A DNA stretch of 64,000 nt, from NCBI GenBank assembly GCA_964514585.1, contig CAZETU010000006.1, positions 10,161-74,160 on the forward strand, read 5' to 3'. This DNA comes from Candidatus Woesearchaeota archaeon (GTDB taxonomy: Archaea; Nanobdellota; Nanobdellia; Pacearchaeales; GW2011-AR1). The translations under genes were made by a program, and so were the position numbers. The notes under the pieces were generated by a model. It was given only the letters and a program-made list of their open reading frames with translations, ran no database searches and was not told the DNA's origin. Below, one piece after another: positions 20,146 to 29,098 of the stretch (positions are counted from its first letter, which is position 1; every line of letters starts with the position of its first letter).

Positions 20146-22674
20146 ATGAAAACAAACTTAATAATTTTAAGTTTATTAGTGAGTGTTTTAATGACTAGTG
20201 TTGTTAGCGCTGATGTTTTATTTGAAGACAACTTTAACGACGGTGTTGTTTTAGACGACGGATGGGATGCAGATTATTTTGAAACTAATGATGACGGAAC
20301 TCCTTCTGTAGATGTTCATGCTATCGATGATTCGTGGCATGGTTCGGAATATGTTTACGATGGTTATTCTGTTAGAATTGAGGACGATGTTGCTGTTTAC
20401 CACACAGTTGAAACTTTCGGGTACGAAGATATTGAGTTATCTTATTGTGCTAGAATTACTTCGGACAATGGTGATGTCTTAAGGATTGGTTGGAAAGAGG
20501 CCCCTATTGGGACCATAACTCCAAGTAGTTCGTACTGGACTAACAATTGGAATGAAGTAGAATCAACCGTTGAAGATGACGCTTATCGATGTGTTGAGTT
20601 TAACCTTGGGTCAAACGCAGAAGACACAGAGATTATTATTGCTTTTTTCATCGATGATGGGGAAGGAGATAATGGTTTATTTGATAATGTTAAGGTAGCT
20701 GGTGATGAAATTGTTGACTCTTGTAGTGATTGCGATGTTGAAATCGTTAATCCTGAAGAAGGCATTTTTTATGGTGCCGTTAATGGCGATCTTTGGATCG
20801 GTTGGACACCAAGTGGAGATGATTGCGGTAGCGAATGGGATGTTTATTATGGTGATTGGGACGGACAAGAATGTGTTTGGACTGATTATCTAGGAGAAAC
20901 TCATCTTGAGACTGAATTGCCTTGGGATATTAGCTTTACTAATGAAGGAGAATATTGTGTTAAGGTTGAAGGAGAATGTTGCGATGATGCGACTGAAGGT
21001 CCTTTTACTATTGACAATATTGATCCTATTCCTGATGCTAATGGGGAAACCTGTTGGTGTGATGATGAATTCTATTGTCCTGGACCACAAGATTGTGTTT
21101 CAGAGTGCTGTGACTTACAGTGTGACTATGATCTTTATACTTGTTATGAAGGTGATATGATAACACTTGATGGTAGCGGCTCTTATGACCCTGGGATGTT
21201 CCCTAGCGGAATTGTTTCGTGGGACTGGTATGTAGATGGTTCATACGCTGGAGAAGGTGAAACTTTGCCTTATCTTTGTGAAGATGGAACTCAAAATGTA
21301 CCTGTCGAGTTAGTTGTTACTGATTCTGTTGGAAATACTGGAACTGATGGTGATTCTAGCATTGATGTTATCAATGTTGCTCCTGTTTGTGAAGGTATTG
21401 ATGCTGTTGGCGATGTTCCATTAGTTAATGGAGTTGCTGAAGTTACTTTTACTGGAAGTGCTAGTGATGTGCCTGCAGATATGCCTAAATTAGAATTCAA
21501 TTGGGATTTTGATGATGGTAATACTGCAACGGATGAGAATCCGGTAACGCACGTTTATGATGCTGAAGGTACATATACTGTAACTTTGACTGTTGACGAT
21601 ACTGACGGAGGCATGGATACTTGTGAGCACGTGATTGAGGTTATCGACCCTGAACAATTAATTGATCAGGAGGTAGCTGCATATTACCCATTGCAAGTTG
21701 ATTTCGGCGATGACGCTGGAGACCATTGGAGATCTTTCGAGACTGGTTTGACTGGAATGGGCTTTCATAGCTGTGAGGTTATGATGGGTCCAGAGAGTGA
21801 CAATCTATTATCAAAATCTTTTGATGATGGAGAGTGTCGAGTTAGATGGGATAATGATAGTCCGCCACCATGGGGATTAAGAGAAAATCCAACTAACGAT
21901 GAGCAAGGAGATCACTTCGTTCTTATTAGAGTTTTCAACGGAACTGATGTTGATTACTTTTCTTTTAACGTAATGGTTTATACTTGGATAATCGATTTGG
22001 AAGCAGGATGGAATTTAGTTTCTATTCCGTATGTTCCAATGGATTCTAACATTAACGATGCTGATATCGGTGTTTCTCAAATAAAGGACGAGTTGGCTTC
22101 TATTTGGTCTTATGAGTACGACGCTAACGGGGACGTAAGTTCTTGGAAGTGTAGGAAAACTACGGCTGGAGGCGCATGGTCTTCAACATTCTGTGCTGAC
22201 ACAGATACAAAGTTGGATACTATTGTTCCTGGTAGAGGATACTGGTTGAATATGGATGAACCTGCTCAGCTTAAGGGGTTCGGTACTCAAATTGCACAAG
22301 GAGAAGGTCCTGGTATACCACCAGAGATTACTGTTCCAACTAACAGTTGGGCTTTGATCGGAAGGTACGGTATTCTTGGACACGATGGTCCTTTTGCAGG
22401 AGAAACTCCATGGGATGCAGGTGCTATTCCTAAGCATGTCGCACTAGAGAGTTTGACAAAGTTGGATAATGAATTGCACGTTTTCGATGTTACTGAAGAC
22501 GCGCATTTGGATGAGGTTTATCGACTATTCAATAATCAGGGTTACTGGTTATGGGTAGAAGACGAAGCATTGAACAATGCTGGAAGTGAATCTTATGCAC
22601 CTTTGGACGAATACTACACTGAAGACTTAAGTTGTCATGACCAATTATGTGTTAAGCCAATGCCTTTTGCATAA
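20146..22674 (+). CDS. Secreted acidic surface protein with PKD domain(s) and C-terminal WNL/GYW domain
   Basis: Signal peptide; TLDGSGSYDP..WDW and FNWDFDDG..THVYDAEGTYTVTLTV (PKD); LEAGWNLVSIP..PGRGYW; richer in C-ending codons than its neighbours. Confidence 0.85.
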   Translation: MKTNLIILSLLVSVLMTSVVSADVLFEDNFNDGVVLDDGWDADYFETNDDGTPSVDVHAIDDSWHGSEYVYDGYSVRIEDDVAVYHTVETFGYEDIELSYCARITSDNGDVLRIGWKEAPIGTITPSSSYWTNNWNEVESTVEDDAYRCVEFNLGSNAEDTEIIIAFFIDDGEGDNGLFDNVKVAGDEIVDSCSDCDVEIVNPEEGIFYGAVNGDLWIGWTPSGDDCGSEWDVYYGDWDGQECVWTDYLGETHLETELPWDISFTNEGEYCVKVEGECCDDATEGPFTIDNIDPIPDANGETCWCDDEFYCPGPQDCVSECCDLQCDYDLYTCYEGDMITLDGSGSYDPGMFPSGIVSWDWYVDGSYAGEGETLPYLCEDGTQNVPVELVVTDSVGNTGTDGDSSIDVINVAPVCEGIDAVGDVPLVNGVAEVTFTGSASDVPADMPKLEFNWDFDDGNTATDENPVTHVYDAEGTYTVTLTVDDTDGGMDTCEHVIEVIDPEQLIDQEVAAYYPLQVDFGDDAGDHWRSFETGLTGMGFHSCEVMMGPESDNLLSKSFDDGECRVRWDNDSPPPWGLRENPTNDEQGDHFVLIRVFNGTDVDYFSFNVMVYTWIIDLEAGWNLVSIPYVPMDSNINDADIGVSQIKDELASIWSYEYDANGDVSSWKCRKTTAGGAWSSTFCADTDTKLDTIVPGRGYWLNMDEPAQLKGFGTQIAQGEGPGIPPEITVPTNSWALIGRYGILGHDGPFAGETPWDAGAIPKHVALESLTKLDNELHVFDVTEDAHLDEVYRLFNNQGYWLWVEDEALNNAGSESYAPLDEYYTEDLSCHDQLCVKPMPFA

Positions 22675-22816
22675 ATTTAATTTTTCTTTTTTTCTTTTTT
22701 TCTTTTTTTCTCACTTTGGACGTGAGTATGTAATTTTATCGTTGGTGTTAGGGCGTTTGGTAAATAGTATATTTGACTATAAAAAAGAATATAAACGGAA
22801 GCTGTCGAATATAATT

Positions 22817-23776
22817 ATGGATAAAAAATATCTCTTTGCCTTGATGGGTTTGCTTATGTTGAGCCTTGTTTTTGCATTTCAAAGTGTGCCGCATACTTTT
22901 ACTGGTAATGTAACTTTAGATACTGATCCAACTAGGAATTTGATGGGGTATGAGGTTAGTGCTTCGATCGAGGACTATGGGCTTGGTGTTGTTGGTGAAA
23001 TTGATTCGGATAGTACGTATAAAGTAAGGATTGATCCTCAGGGTCGGTCTGGAGAAATAACTTTTTATATTGGTGGTATTGAGGCGTCTCCGACTGCTGT
23101 TTATCACATGGGGGAATTTACTTACTTGGATTTAATAATTGATGAGGTGCCTTCTATTAGCGTCTGTGGTAATGATGTACAAGAGGCTGGGGAACAATGT
23201 GATGGTTCTTCGCTTGGGGTTGGAACCTGTGAGAATGTTTTAGGAATTTTGGATGCGACTGGTACTTTAACTTGTACGAGTGCTTGTACTTTTGATTATT
23301 CTAATTGTACTGCGCCATCTTGTGGGGATGGTCTTTGTAACGCTGAAGAGAATTGTACGAGTTGTGAGGTTGATTGTGGAGTTTGTGCTGGTGGCGGTGA
23401 TGATGGTGGTTCTTCTGGTGGAAGTGGAGGAAGTAGTGGTGGCTCTTCTGGAGGAAGCAGTGGTGGCTCGGCTGGAGGAAGTGGTGAGAGTTTCGTTTTG
23501 CTTGATGATGATTTGAGTGATAGTATGAGCACCCCCGAGGACTCTGGGGATTTGTCTTTGTTTGGTTCAGACACAAAGAATAGTAATTTTTTCTCTATGA
23601 TTACTGGTGCTGTAGTTGGGACGTCTGGGGGCAAGGCTATTGTTGGGATTATTATTTTGATTATTATTATTGTAATTTTGTATCTTTATACTAGGAAGAA
23701 AGAAGTTGAGGTTAAAGTGACTCCTGTTCCTGAGAGGAAACCTGTTAAGAAGAAGGTTATTCGGAAGAAGAAGTAA
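22817..23776 (+). CDS. Small membrane-anchored surface protein (P..FTG beta domain, Cys-rich repeats, Gly/Ser linker, ITGA-TM-basic tail)
   Basis: ATG 22817 lies 29 nt after a TATA; VPHTFTGNV; CGND..GEQCDG and CGDGLC..ENC..DCG; FFSMITGAVVG followed by a TM helix and a K-rich tail. Confidence 0.8.
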   Translation: MDKKYLFALMGLLMLSLVFAFQSVPHTFTGNVTLDTDPTRNLMGYEVSASIEDYGLGVVGEIDSDSTYKVRIDPQGRSGEITFYIGGIEASPTAVYHMGEFTYLDLIIDEVPSISVCGNDVQEAGEQCDGSSLGVGTCENVLGILDATGTLTCTSACTFDYSNCTAPSCGDGLCNAEENCTSCEVDCGVCAGGGDDGGSSGGSGGSSGGSSGGSSGGSAGGSGESFVLLDDDLSDSMSTPEDSGDLSLFGSDTKNSNFFSMITGAVVGTSGGKAIVGIIILIIIIVILYLYTRKKEVEVKVTPVPERKPVKKKVIRKKK

Positions 23777-23807
23777 GTTTTTTAAATGAGAAAGTGTATT
23801 TTTGTTT

Positions 23808-24797
23808 ATGGTTAATGAGGAGATAAAGAAGTTGAATTCTAAGGCTGGGGAATATTCTGGAGTTTTGAAGGGGTTGCAGGCTGAGTTGGGGAAGGTGATT
23901 GTTGGGCAGAGTGATATTTCGCAGAAGGTTATTCTTGGGTTGGTTGCTAACGGGCATATTTTGGTTGAGGGTGTGCCGGGGTTGGCTAAGACTTTGATGA
24001 TTAGGTCGCTTGCGTCTAGTATTGATTCTGGTTTTGTGCGGTTGCAGTTCACGCCTGATTTGTTGCCTGCGGATATTACTGGGACGAAAATTTATGATCA
24101 TGAGAATTCGGTTTTTAAGATTGAGAAGGGGCCTATTTTTAGTAATTTTGTTTTGGCTGATGAGATTAATCGGGCTCCGCCAAAGGTTCAGTCGGCTTTA
24201 CTTGAAGCTATGCAGGAGAGGCAGGCGACGATTCATGGTCAGACTTTTGACATGGAGAAACCGTTTTTAGTTTTGGCGACGCAGAATCCGATTGAGAGTG
24301 AAGGGACTTACAAGTTGCCTGAGGCTCAGGTTGATCGATTTATGTTTAAGATTTTGATTGGGTATCCGAATAAGAGTGAGGAGGTTGAGATTATTAATCG
24401 GTTTACTGGTGAGGTTTTTGTGAAGATTGGGAAGATGATTTCTTCTAAGAAGATTTTGGAGATTCAGGATTTTTGTAAGAAGATTTATGTTGATGATAAA
24501 ATAAAGGAGTATGTTGCTGAGATAGTTGACGCTACTCGGAATCCTGGGGAATATAAGTTGGATTTGGATTCAAAGATTGATTATGGGGCTTCTCCTAGGG
24601 CTAGCTTGTGGTTGATTTTGGCGGCTAAGGCTAATGCTTTGTTTAATGGACGGGGCTATGTTATTCCTGAGGATGTTAAGGAGATTGCTCATGAGGTTTT
24701 GAGGCATAGGGTTATTTTGTCGTATGAGGCTGAGGCTGAGTTGATTACTAGTGACGATGTGATTGAGACTATACTTTCTAAAATTAAGGTGCCTTAA
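23808..24797 (+). CDS. moxR: MoxR-family AAA+ ATPase
   Basis: GHILVEGVPGLAKT, RLQFTPDLLPADITG, LADEINRAPPKVQSALLEAMQE, ATQNPIE, LPEAQVDRF, GASPRA. Confidence 0.95.
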   Translation: MVNEEIKKLNSKAGEYSGVLKGLQAELGKVIVGQSDISQKVILGLVANGHILVEGVPGLAKTLMIRSLASSIDSGFVRLQFTPDLLPADITGTKIYDHENSVFKIEKGPIFSNFVLADEINRAPPKVQSALLEAMQERQATIHGQTFDMEKPFLVLATQNPIESEGTYKLPEAQVDRFMFKILIGYPNKSEEVEIINRFTGEVFVKIGKMISSKKILEIQDFCKKIYVDDKIKEYVAEIVDATRNPGEYKLDLDSKIDYGASPRASLWLILAAKANALFNGRGYVIPEDVKEIAHEVLRHRVILSYEAEAELITSDDVIETILSKIKVP

Positions 24798-25670
24798 ATG
24801 AAGGATATTTTGAAGCAGATTAAGATGTTGGATATTACGACTCGGGATTTGGTTTCTGGAATTGTGTCTGGGAATTATCATTCGGTTTTCAAGGGGCAGG
24901 GTATTGAGTTTAGTGAGATTAGGGAATATAAAACTGGGGATGATGTTCGGAATATTGATTGGAATGTGACGGCGCGGATGAATAAACCGTTTGTTAAGGA
25001 ATTTATTGAGGAGCGGGATTTGAGGGTTTATTTTTTGATGGATTTTTCTGGGTCGTTTAATTTTGGGGATTTGATTTCAAAGAATAGTAAGGCCGTTCAG
25101 TTGGTTGCGAGTTTGATGTTTTCGGCTGTGAAGAATAATGATTCGGTGGGGTTGCTTTTTGCGAGTGATAAGGTTGAGAAATTTATTTCGGCTAAGAAGG
25201 GGAAGAAACACGCTTTGAGGGTTTTGAAGGATATGTTGGAATTTAGCCCTGAGTCTAAGAGGACTGATTTGAATGAAGCGATTCGGTATACTTCGAATGT
25301 TTTGAAAAGGAAATCGCTTATTTTTATTGTGTCGGATTTTGTTAGTGAGGATTTTAGTAATGCTCTTCGGGTTTTGAAGAATCGGCATGACGTTGTTGCA
25401 ATTAAGTTGAGTGATTTGAAGGAGAAAGAGATCCCTGAGGTTGGGTTGATTGAGTTGGAGGATGAGGAGAGTGGAGAACAGATTCTGGTTGATACTAGTA
25501 GTAAGGAATTTCAGGAGAATTATAAGAAGGTTATTTCGGAACATGAGGAGAAATTGAAGGGAACTTTTCGTCGGGCTGGTGTTGATATGATTGAGGTTTT
25601 TACTGACGGTGATTTTTCGAAAGGGTTAAATAATTTCTTTAAGTTGAGAAAAATGAGGATGGTTAGGTGA
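24798..25670 (+). CDS. DUF58 family protein (vWA-like MoxR partner)
   Basis: S.FKGQGIEFSEIREY..GDDVRNIDWNVTAR, D.SGS, IVSDF. Confidence 0.95.
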   Translation: MKDILKQIKMLDITTRDLVSGIVSGNYHSVFKGQGIEFSEIREYKTGDDVRNIDWNVTARMNKPFVKEFIEERDLRVYFLMDFSGSFNFGDLISKNSKAVQLVASLMFSAVKNNDSVGLLFASDKVEKFISAKKGKKHALRVLKDMLEFSPESKRTDLNEAIRYTSNVLKRKSLIFIVSDFVSEDFSNALRVLKNRHDVVAIKLSDLKEKEIPEVGLIELEDEESGEQILVDTSSKEFQENYKKVISEHEEKLKGTFRRAGVDMIEVFTDGDFSKGLNNFFKLRKMRMVR

Positions 25671-26620
25671 TGGCGGGCTTTAGTAATTCGTGGATTTTGG
25701 TGTTCTTAGTTTTGGTGCCTGTTGGTTTTTATTTTTATCGTGAAATTACGAAGAAGAAAAAGAAGCAGGCTATGAGTTTTAGTCATTTAGGTTTTATTAA
25801 ATCGGCTTTGGGAGATAAGAAGAAATCGAAGCGGAGTGATTTGCTTTTTTATTTAAGTTTGAGTGTTGTGGCTTTGATGATTATTGGATTTAGTGATCCA
25901 CATATTCCTTTGAAGCAGACGCATGAGGGGGTTAATGTTGTTTTGGTTATGGATGTTTCTGGGAGTATGAAGGCGACTGATTATTCGCCGAATCGTTTGG
26001 AGGCGGCTAAGGAGTCTGCGATTACTTTAGTTGAGTCTTTGAAAGAGAATGATCATGTGGGGGTTGTTTTGTTTGAGAGTGGGGCAACGACTGGGGCATA
26101 TCTTTCGCCGTTTAAGGAACAGGTTGTTGACAAGATTAGGGGGATAACTCAGCGAGAGGGTGCGACTGCGATTGGGGACGGCCTAGCAACTGGGATTGAT
26201 ATGGCGACTTCGATTCCGAATAAGAAGAAAGTTGTGATTCTTTTGAGCGATGGGGTTTCTAATTCTGGCATGATTTCACCTGAGGAGGCTATTGTTTTTG
26301 CTAAGGATAATTCTATTCAGGTTTATACTGTTGGGATGGGTTCTACTGAGCCTGTTGTTTTGGGGCATGATTGGTTTGGGAATCCGCAGTATGCTGAGCT
26401 TGATGAGGCGACGTTGAAAGCGATTGCTGAGAATACTGGGGGTCGGTATTTTAAGTCGGTTGATAGTGAAACTTTAAATGATGTTTACAAGAATATTGGG
26501 GATGAAATTAAGAGAGAGCGGGAAGAAACTCCGATTGGGAAATGGTTTTTCTTTTTGGCTTTGGTAGTTGTTATATTGGAGGCTTATTTGAGATATGGTA
26601 AGAGTCGGATTATTCAGTAG
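25670..26620 (+). CDS. BatA-like membrane vWA protein
   Basis: N-terminal TMs, MIDAS DVSGSM, T in ATAIGDG, LLSDG, YTVGMG, LDEATLK.IA..TGGRYF, C-terminal TM. Confidence 0.92.
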   Translation: MAGFSNSWILVFLVLVPVGFYFYREITKKKKKQAMSFSHLGFIKSALGDKKKSKRSDLLFYLSLSVVALMIIGFSDPHIPLKQTHEGVNVVLVMDVSGSMKATDYSPNRLEAAKESAITLVESLKENDHVGVVLFESGATTGAYLSPFKEQVVDKIRGITQREGATAIGDGLATGIDMATSIPNKKKVVILLSDGVSNSGMISPEEAIVFAKDNSIQVYTVGMGSTEPVVLGHDWFGNPQYAELDEATLKAIAENTGGRYFKSVDSETLNDVYKNIGDEIKREREETPIGKWFFFLALVVVILEAYLRYGKSRIIQ

Positions 26621-28046
26621 CTTGGTTTTGGTTCTTTTGATGGGAAGTGTTAGTGCTGGATTTTTTAGTGATGATATTCAGTTTTCGGTTTCTCAGAAGG
26701 ATTATTTTTTTTTGGTTGGTCAGGAGTCGGGACTGGAGTTTAATATTAGTAATGATTTGGGTCGGGATGTTTCTGGGATGATTACTTATGCTTTGAGTGG
26801 GCCTGGGGTTTCTAATGTGCAGAGTGCTTCTTATACCGTGAAAGATGGGGAGAGTAGTGAGGCGGTTGGATTTGGTATTGTCTCTTCTCCGACTGATATG
26901 GTTTTGAATTTGAAGTTTACTTATGATGATATGGAGGTTGTTTTGGATGATATTGGATTACATTTTGTTGAAAAGCCCGAGGAGCAGCAGAATGAGGAGG
27001 ATAAGCAGAAGAGTAGCGAGGAGAAATCAGAGAGTCAGCAACAACAGAGTCCAAGTCAACAACAGCAGAGTCAGCAGTCGATGCAACAGAAGGTGTCGAA
27101 TAGTCAGGCGGCGCAGAGTGGGCAGGAATTGAAGGAGCATATGAATCGGGATGCGGAGAAAGCTGAGGCGGCTAAGCAGGAATTTATGGAGAATTTGCAG
27201 AAGAATGAAGAGTTGATGAAAGAGCATCAGGAATTGGCTGATCAAGGATTTGAACAGAGTGGCGGTGAGTTGAATCCTAAGGATGGGGATTCAAGTTCTG
27301 GGGATTTTAAGTTTGATTACGAAGACAGTGAGGGGAATGAGGCAAGTTTAGAGGGGCGAATGGAGAATGGGACTTTGACTGATTTAAAGAAGACTAATAG
27401 TGCTGAGCAGAAAAAGTTGGAGAGTTTGGTTAGGGCGGATGAGAGGTTTATTGATTTGGATGAGAAGCTGAGCTCTACAGGATTTTCGGAGAAGGGCGTT
27501 AGTTATTCTAATTTTGAGAATACAAGTGTTGTTAGTTTTAATTATACTGATGAGTTTGGGAATGAGGAATCTGTTGTTGCTGAGGTTGAGAATGATGTTG
27601 TAAAGAAGGTATACCTGGATAAGGAGCGGAATTATTTTTGGATGTGGGGGCTTTTGGCTGTTCCGATTTTTTTGGTGTCGGCTTATTTTTTGAAAAGGAA
27701 AAGGAAAATGGTTGGACTTGATGATCCGATGCCTAAAAAGGTTAAGCCGTTTAATTATAGGGGTGAGGCTCGTAAGTTGTTGAAGAAAGCTGGGGTGGAA
27801 TTTGAGAAGAATAATTTTAAGGATGCTTATGGGTTGGCGAATCAGGGAATTAGATTATTTTTGTCGTATAAGAATGGGTTGAATAAGGAGTTGACGAATT
27901 ATGAGATATTGAAGGGGATTGATGGATTACCTAAGGAGACGTCGGAGATTTTTGATTTGTGTTGCTTGGTTGAGTTTGCGAAGTATAAGCCAAATCGGAA
28001 GGATTTTGGGGAGATTGTTTCTTTTGGGGAAAGAATTGTTGGGTAG
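26595..28046 (+). CDS. Signal-peptide/TM protein with Gln/Ser-rich linker (Bat-operon accessory-like)
   Basis: Signal peptide, QQQSPSQQQQSQQ linker, TM followed by KRKRK, C-terminal helical domain with VEFAKY. Confidence 0.7.
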   Translation: MVRVGLFSSLVLVLLMGSVSAGFFSDDIQFSVSQKDYFFLVGQESGLEFNISNDLGRDVSGMITYALSGPGVSNVQSASYTVKDGESSEAVGFGIVSSPTDMVLNLKFTYDDMEVVLDDIGLHFVEKPEEQQNEEDKQKSSEEKSESQQQQSPSQQQQSQQSMQQKVSNSQAAQSGQELKEHMNRDAEKAEAAKQEFMENLQKNEELMKEHQELADQGFEQSGGELNPKDGDSSSGDFKFDYEDSEGNEASLEGRMENGTLTDLKKTNSAEQKKLESLVRADERFIDLDEKLSSTGFSEKGVSYSNFENTSVVSFNYTDEFGNEESVVAEVENDVVKKVYLDKERNYFWMWGLLAVPIFLVSAYFLKRKRKMVGLDDPMPKKVKPFNYRGEARKLLKKAGVEFEKNNFKDAYGLANQGIRLFLSYKNGLNKELTNYEILKGIDGLPKETSEIFDLCCLVEFAKYKPNRKDFGEIVSFGERIVG

Positions 28047-28093
28047 CCAAAACTTTAAATATCGTAACTATCTTATAATGATAGTACTTTAAA

Positions 28094-29098
28094 ATGACAC
28101 TTAAATACGATAATGCGCAGATAAATAGAATAGTTGCAGCCTTTGCTGAGACTTCTGATTTGCAAGATCGTAAGGGTTTGGATTATTCTATGACTGCGAG
28201 AAAACGGATTATTGCTAGAGAAGAGGGGCTTCGTGGTTCTGATATTGATAGAATTCTTTATGGAACTGAGTTGTTTGTTGAGGGAATTTCTGAGGTTGAA
28301 AAATTGGGTATTCTTAGTGTATATAATTCTGGCGAATCAAGTGTTAGAAAAATAGCAAAGAGTAATGGGATTAGTACTGCTAAGTTATATAGGGTGCTTA
28401 ATGAAATGGATAAGCAGGAGGGGCAAGATGTTAGTTGGAGAGGTCAGCCTAAGGTACTTGCGAATTATCATGCTGGTCGATTAGAAGATGTTGTTGAGCC
28501 TGCTACTATTAAGACGCATAGAAGGGGAAGGGGAATTTGGCCACGTGTTGCAGCTGCGGTTGTTTTTGGGGCGTTGACTTTGTATGCGGCAAAATCGGCT
28601 GCTGAATATGCTGGATCTAAAGCAGTTGATATTGTTAGAGGCAGGGAAACGAAGCAGGTTCATGTCGTAGAAAGACTACCTGGTCATGTTTTTGTTATTA
28701 AGGGGAGTGAAATGACTCAGAAATCTTATGGATTAGAAGAAAGCTTGCATCTTGGAACTGCTAGGATTTTAGATACATCAGAAGAAATTGCAGATGAAGA
28801 TAGGAGACTACTTGTTTCAAGAGGAGGAAAATTTATTGTTGATGAGTATGGGTTGAAAGATAATTCCTCTGAACCTTTAGGGAAGGCTGAAATTAAAAGT
28901 AGAACTCTTGGTAAGGTTGCGGTTCATAGGGGACAGGAATTTGAGAATGAAGAACTTGGGCTCAAGGAATCGCCTTCGAGATTGATTGTAAAAAAACCTC
29001 TAAAAAGAAATGCTGCTAATGTACAAATTATAAGAGGGGACAAGGTAACTAATGAAACTCTTTGGCTTGGTGGTGGTATTTTAGCCTCTTCAAATTGA
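28094..29098 (+). CDS. Hypothetical protein with HTH-like segment followed by a TM helix
   Basis: SSVRKIAKSNGISTAKLYRVL; IWPRVAAAVVFGALTLYA. Confidence 0.6.
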   Translation: MTLKYDNAQINRIVAAFAETSDLQDRKGLDYSMTARKRIIAREEGLRGSDIDRILYGTELFVEGISEVEKLGILSVYNSGESSVRKIAKSNGISTAKLYRVLNEMDKQEGQDVSWRGQPKVLANYHAGRLEDVVEPATIKTHRRGRGIWPRVAAAVVFGALTLYAAKSAAEYAGSKAVDIVRGRETKQVHVVERLPGHVFVIKGSEMTQKSYGLEESLHLGTARILDTSEEIADEDRRLLVSRGGKFIVDEYGLKDNSSEPLGKAEIKSRTLGKVAVHRGQEFENEELGLKESPSRLIVKKPLKRNAANVQIIRGDKVTNETLWLGGGILASSN

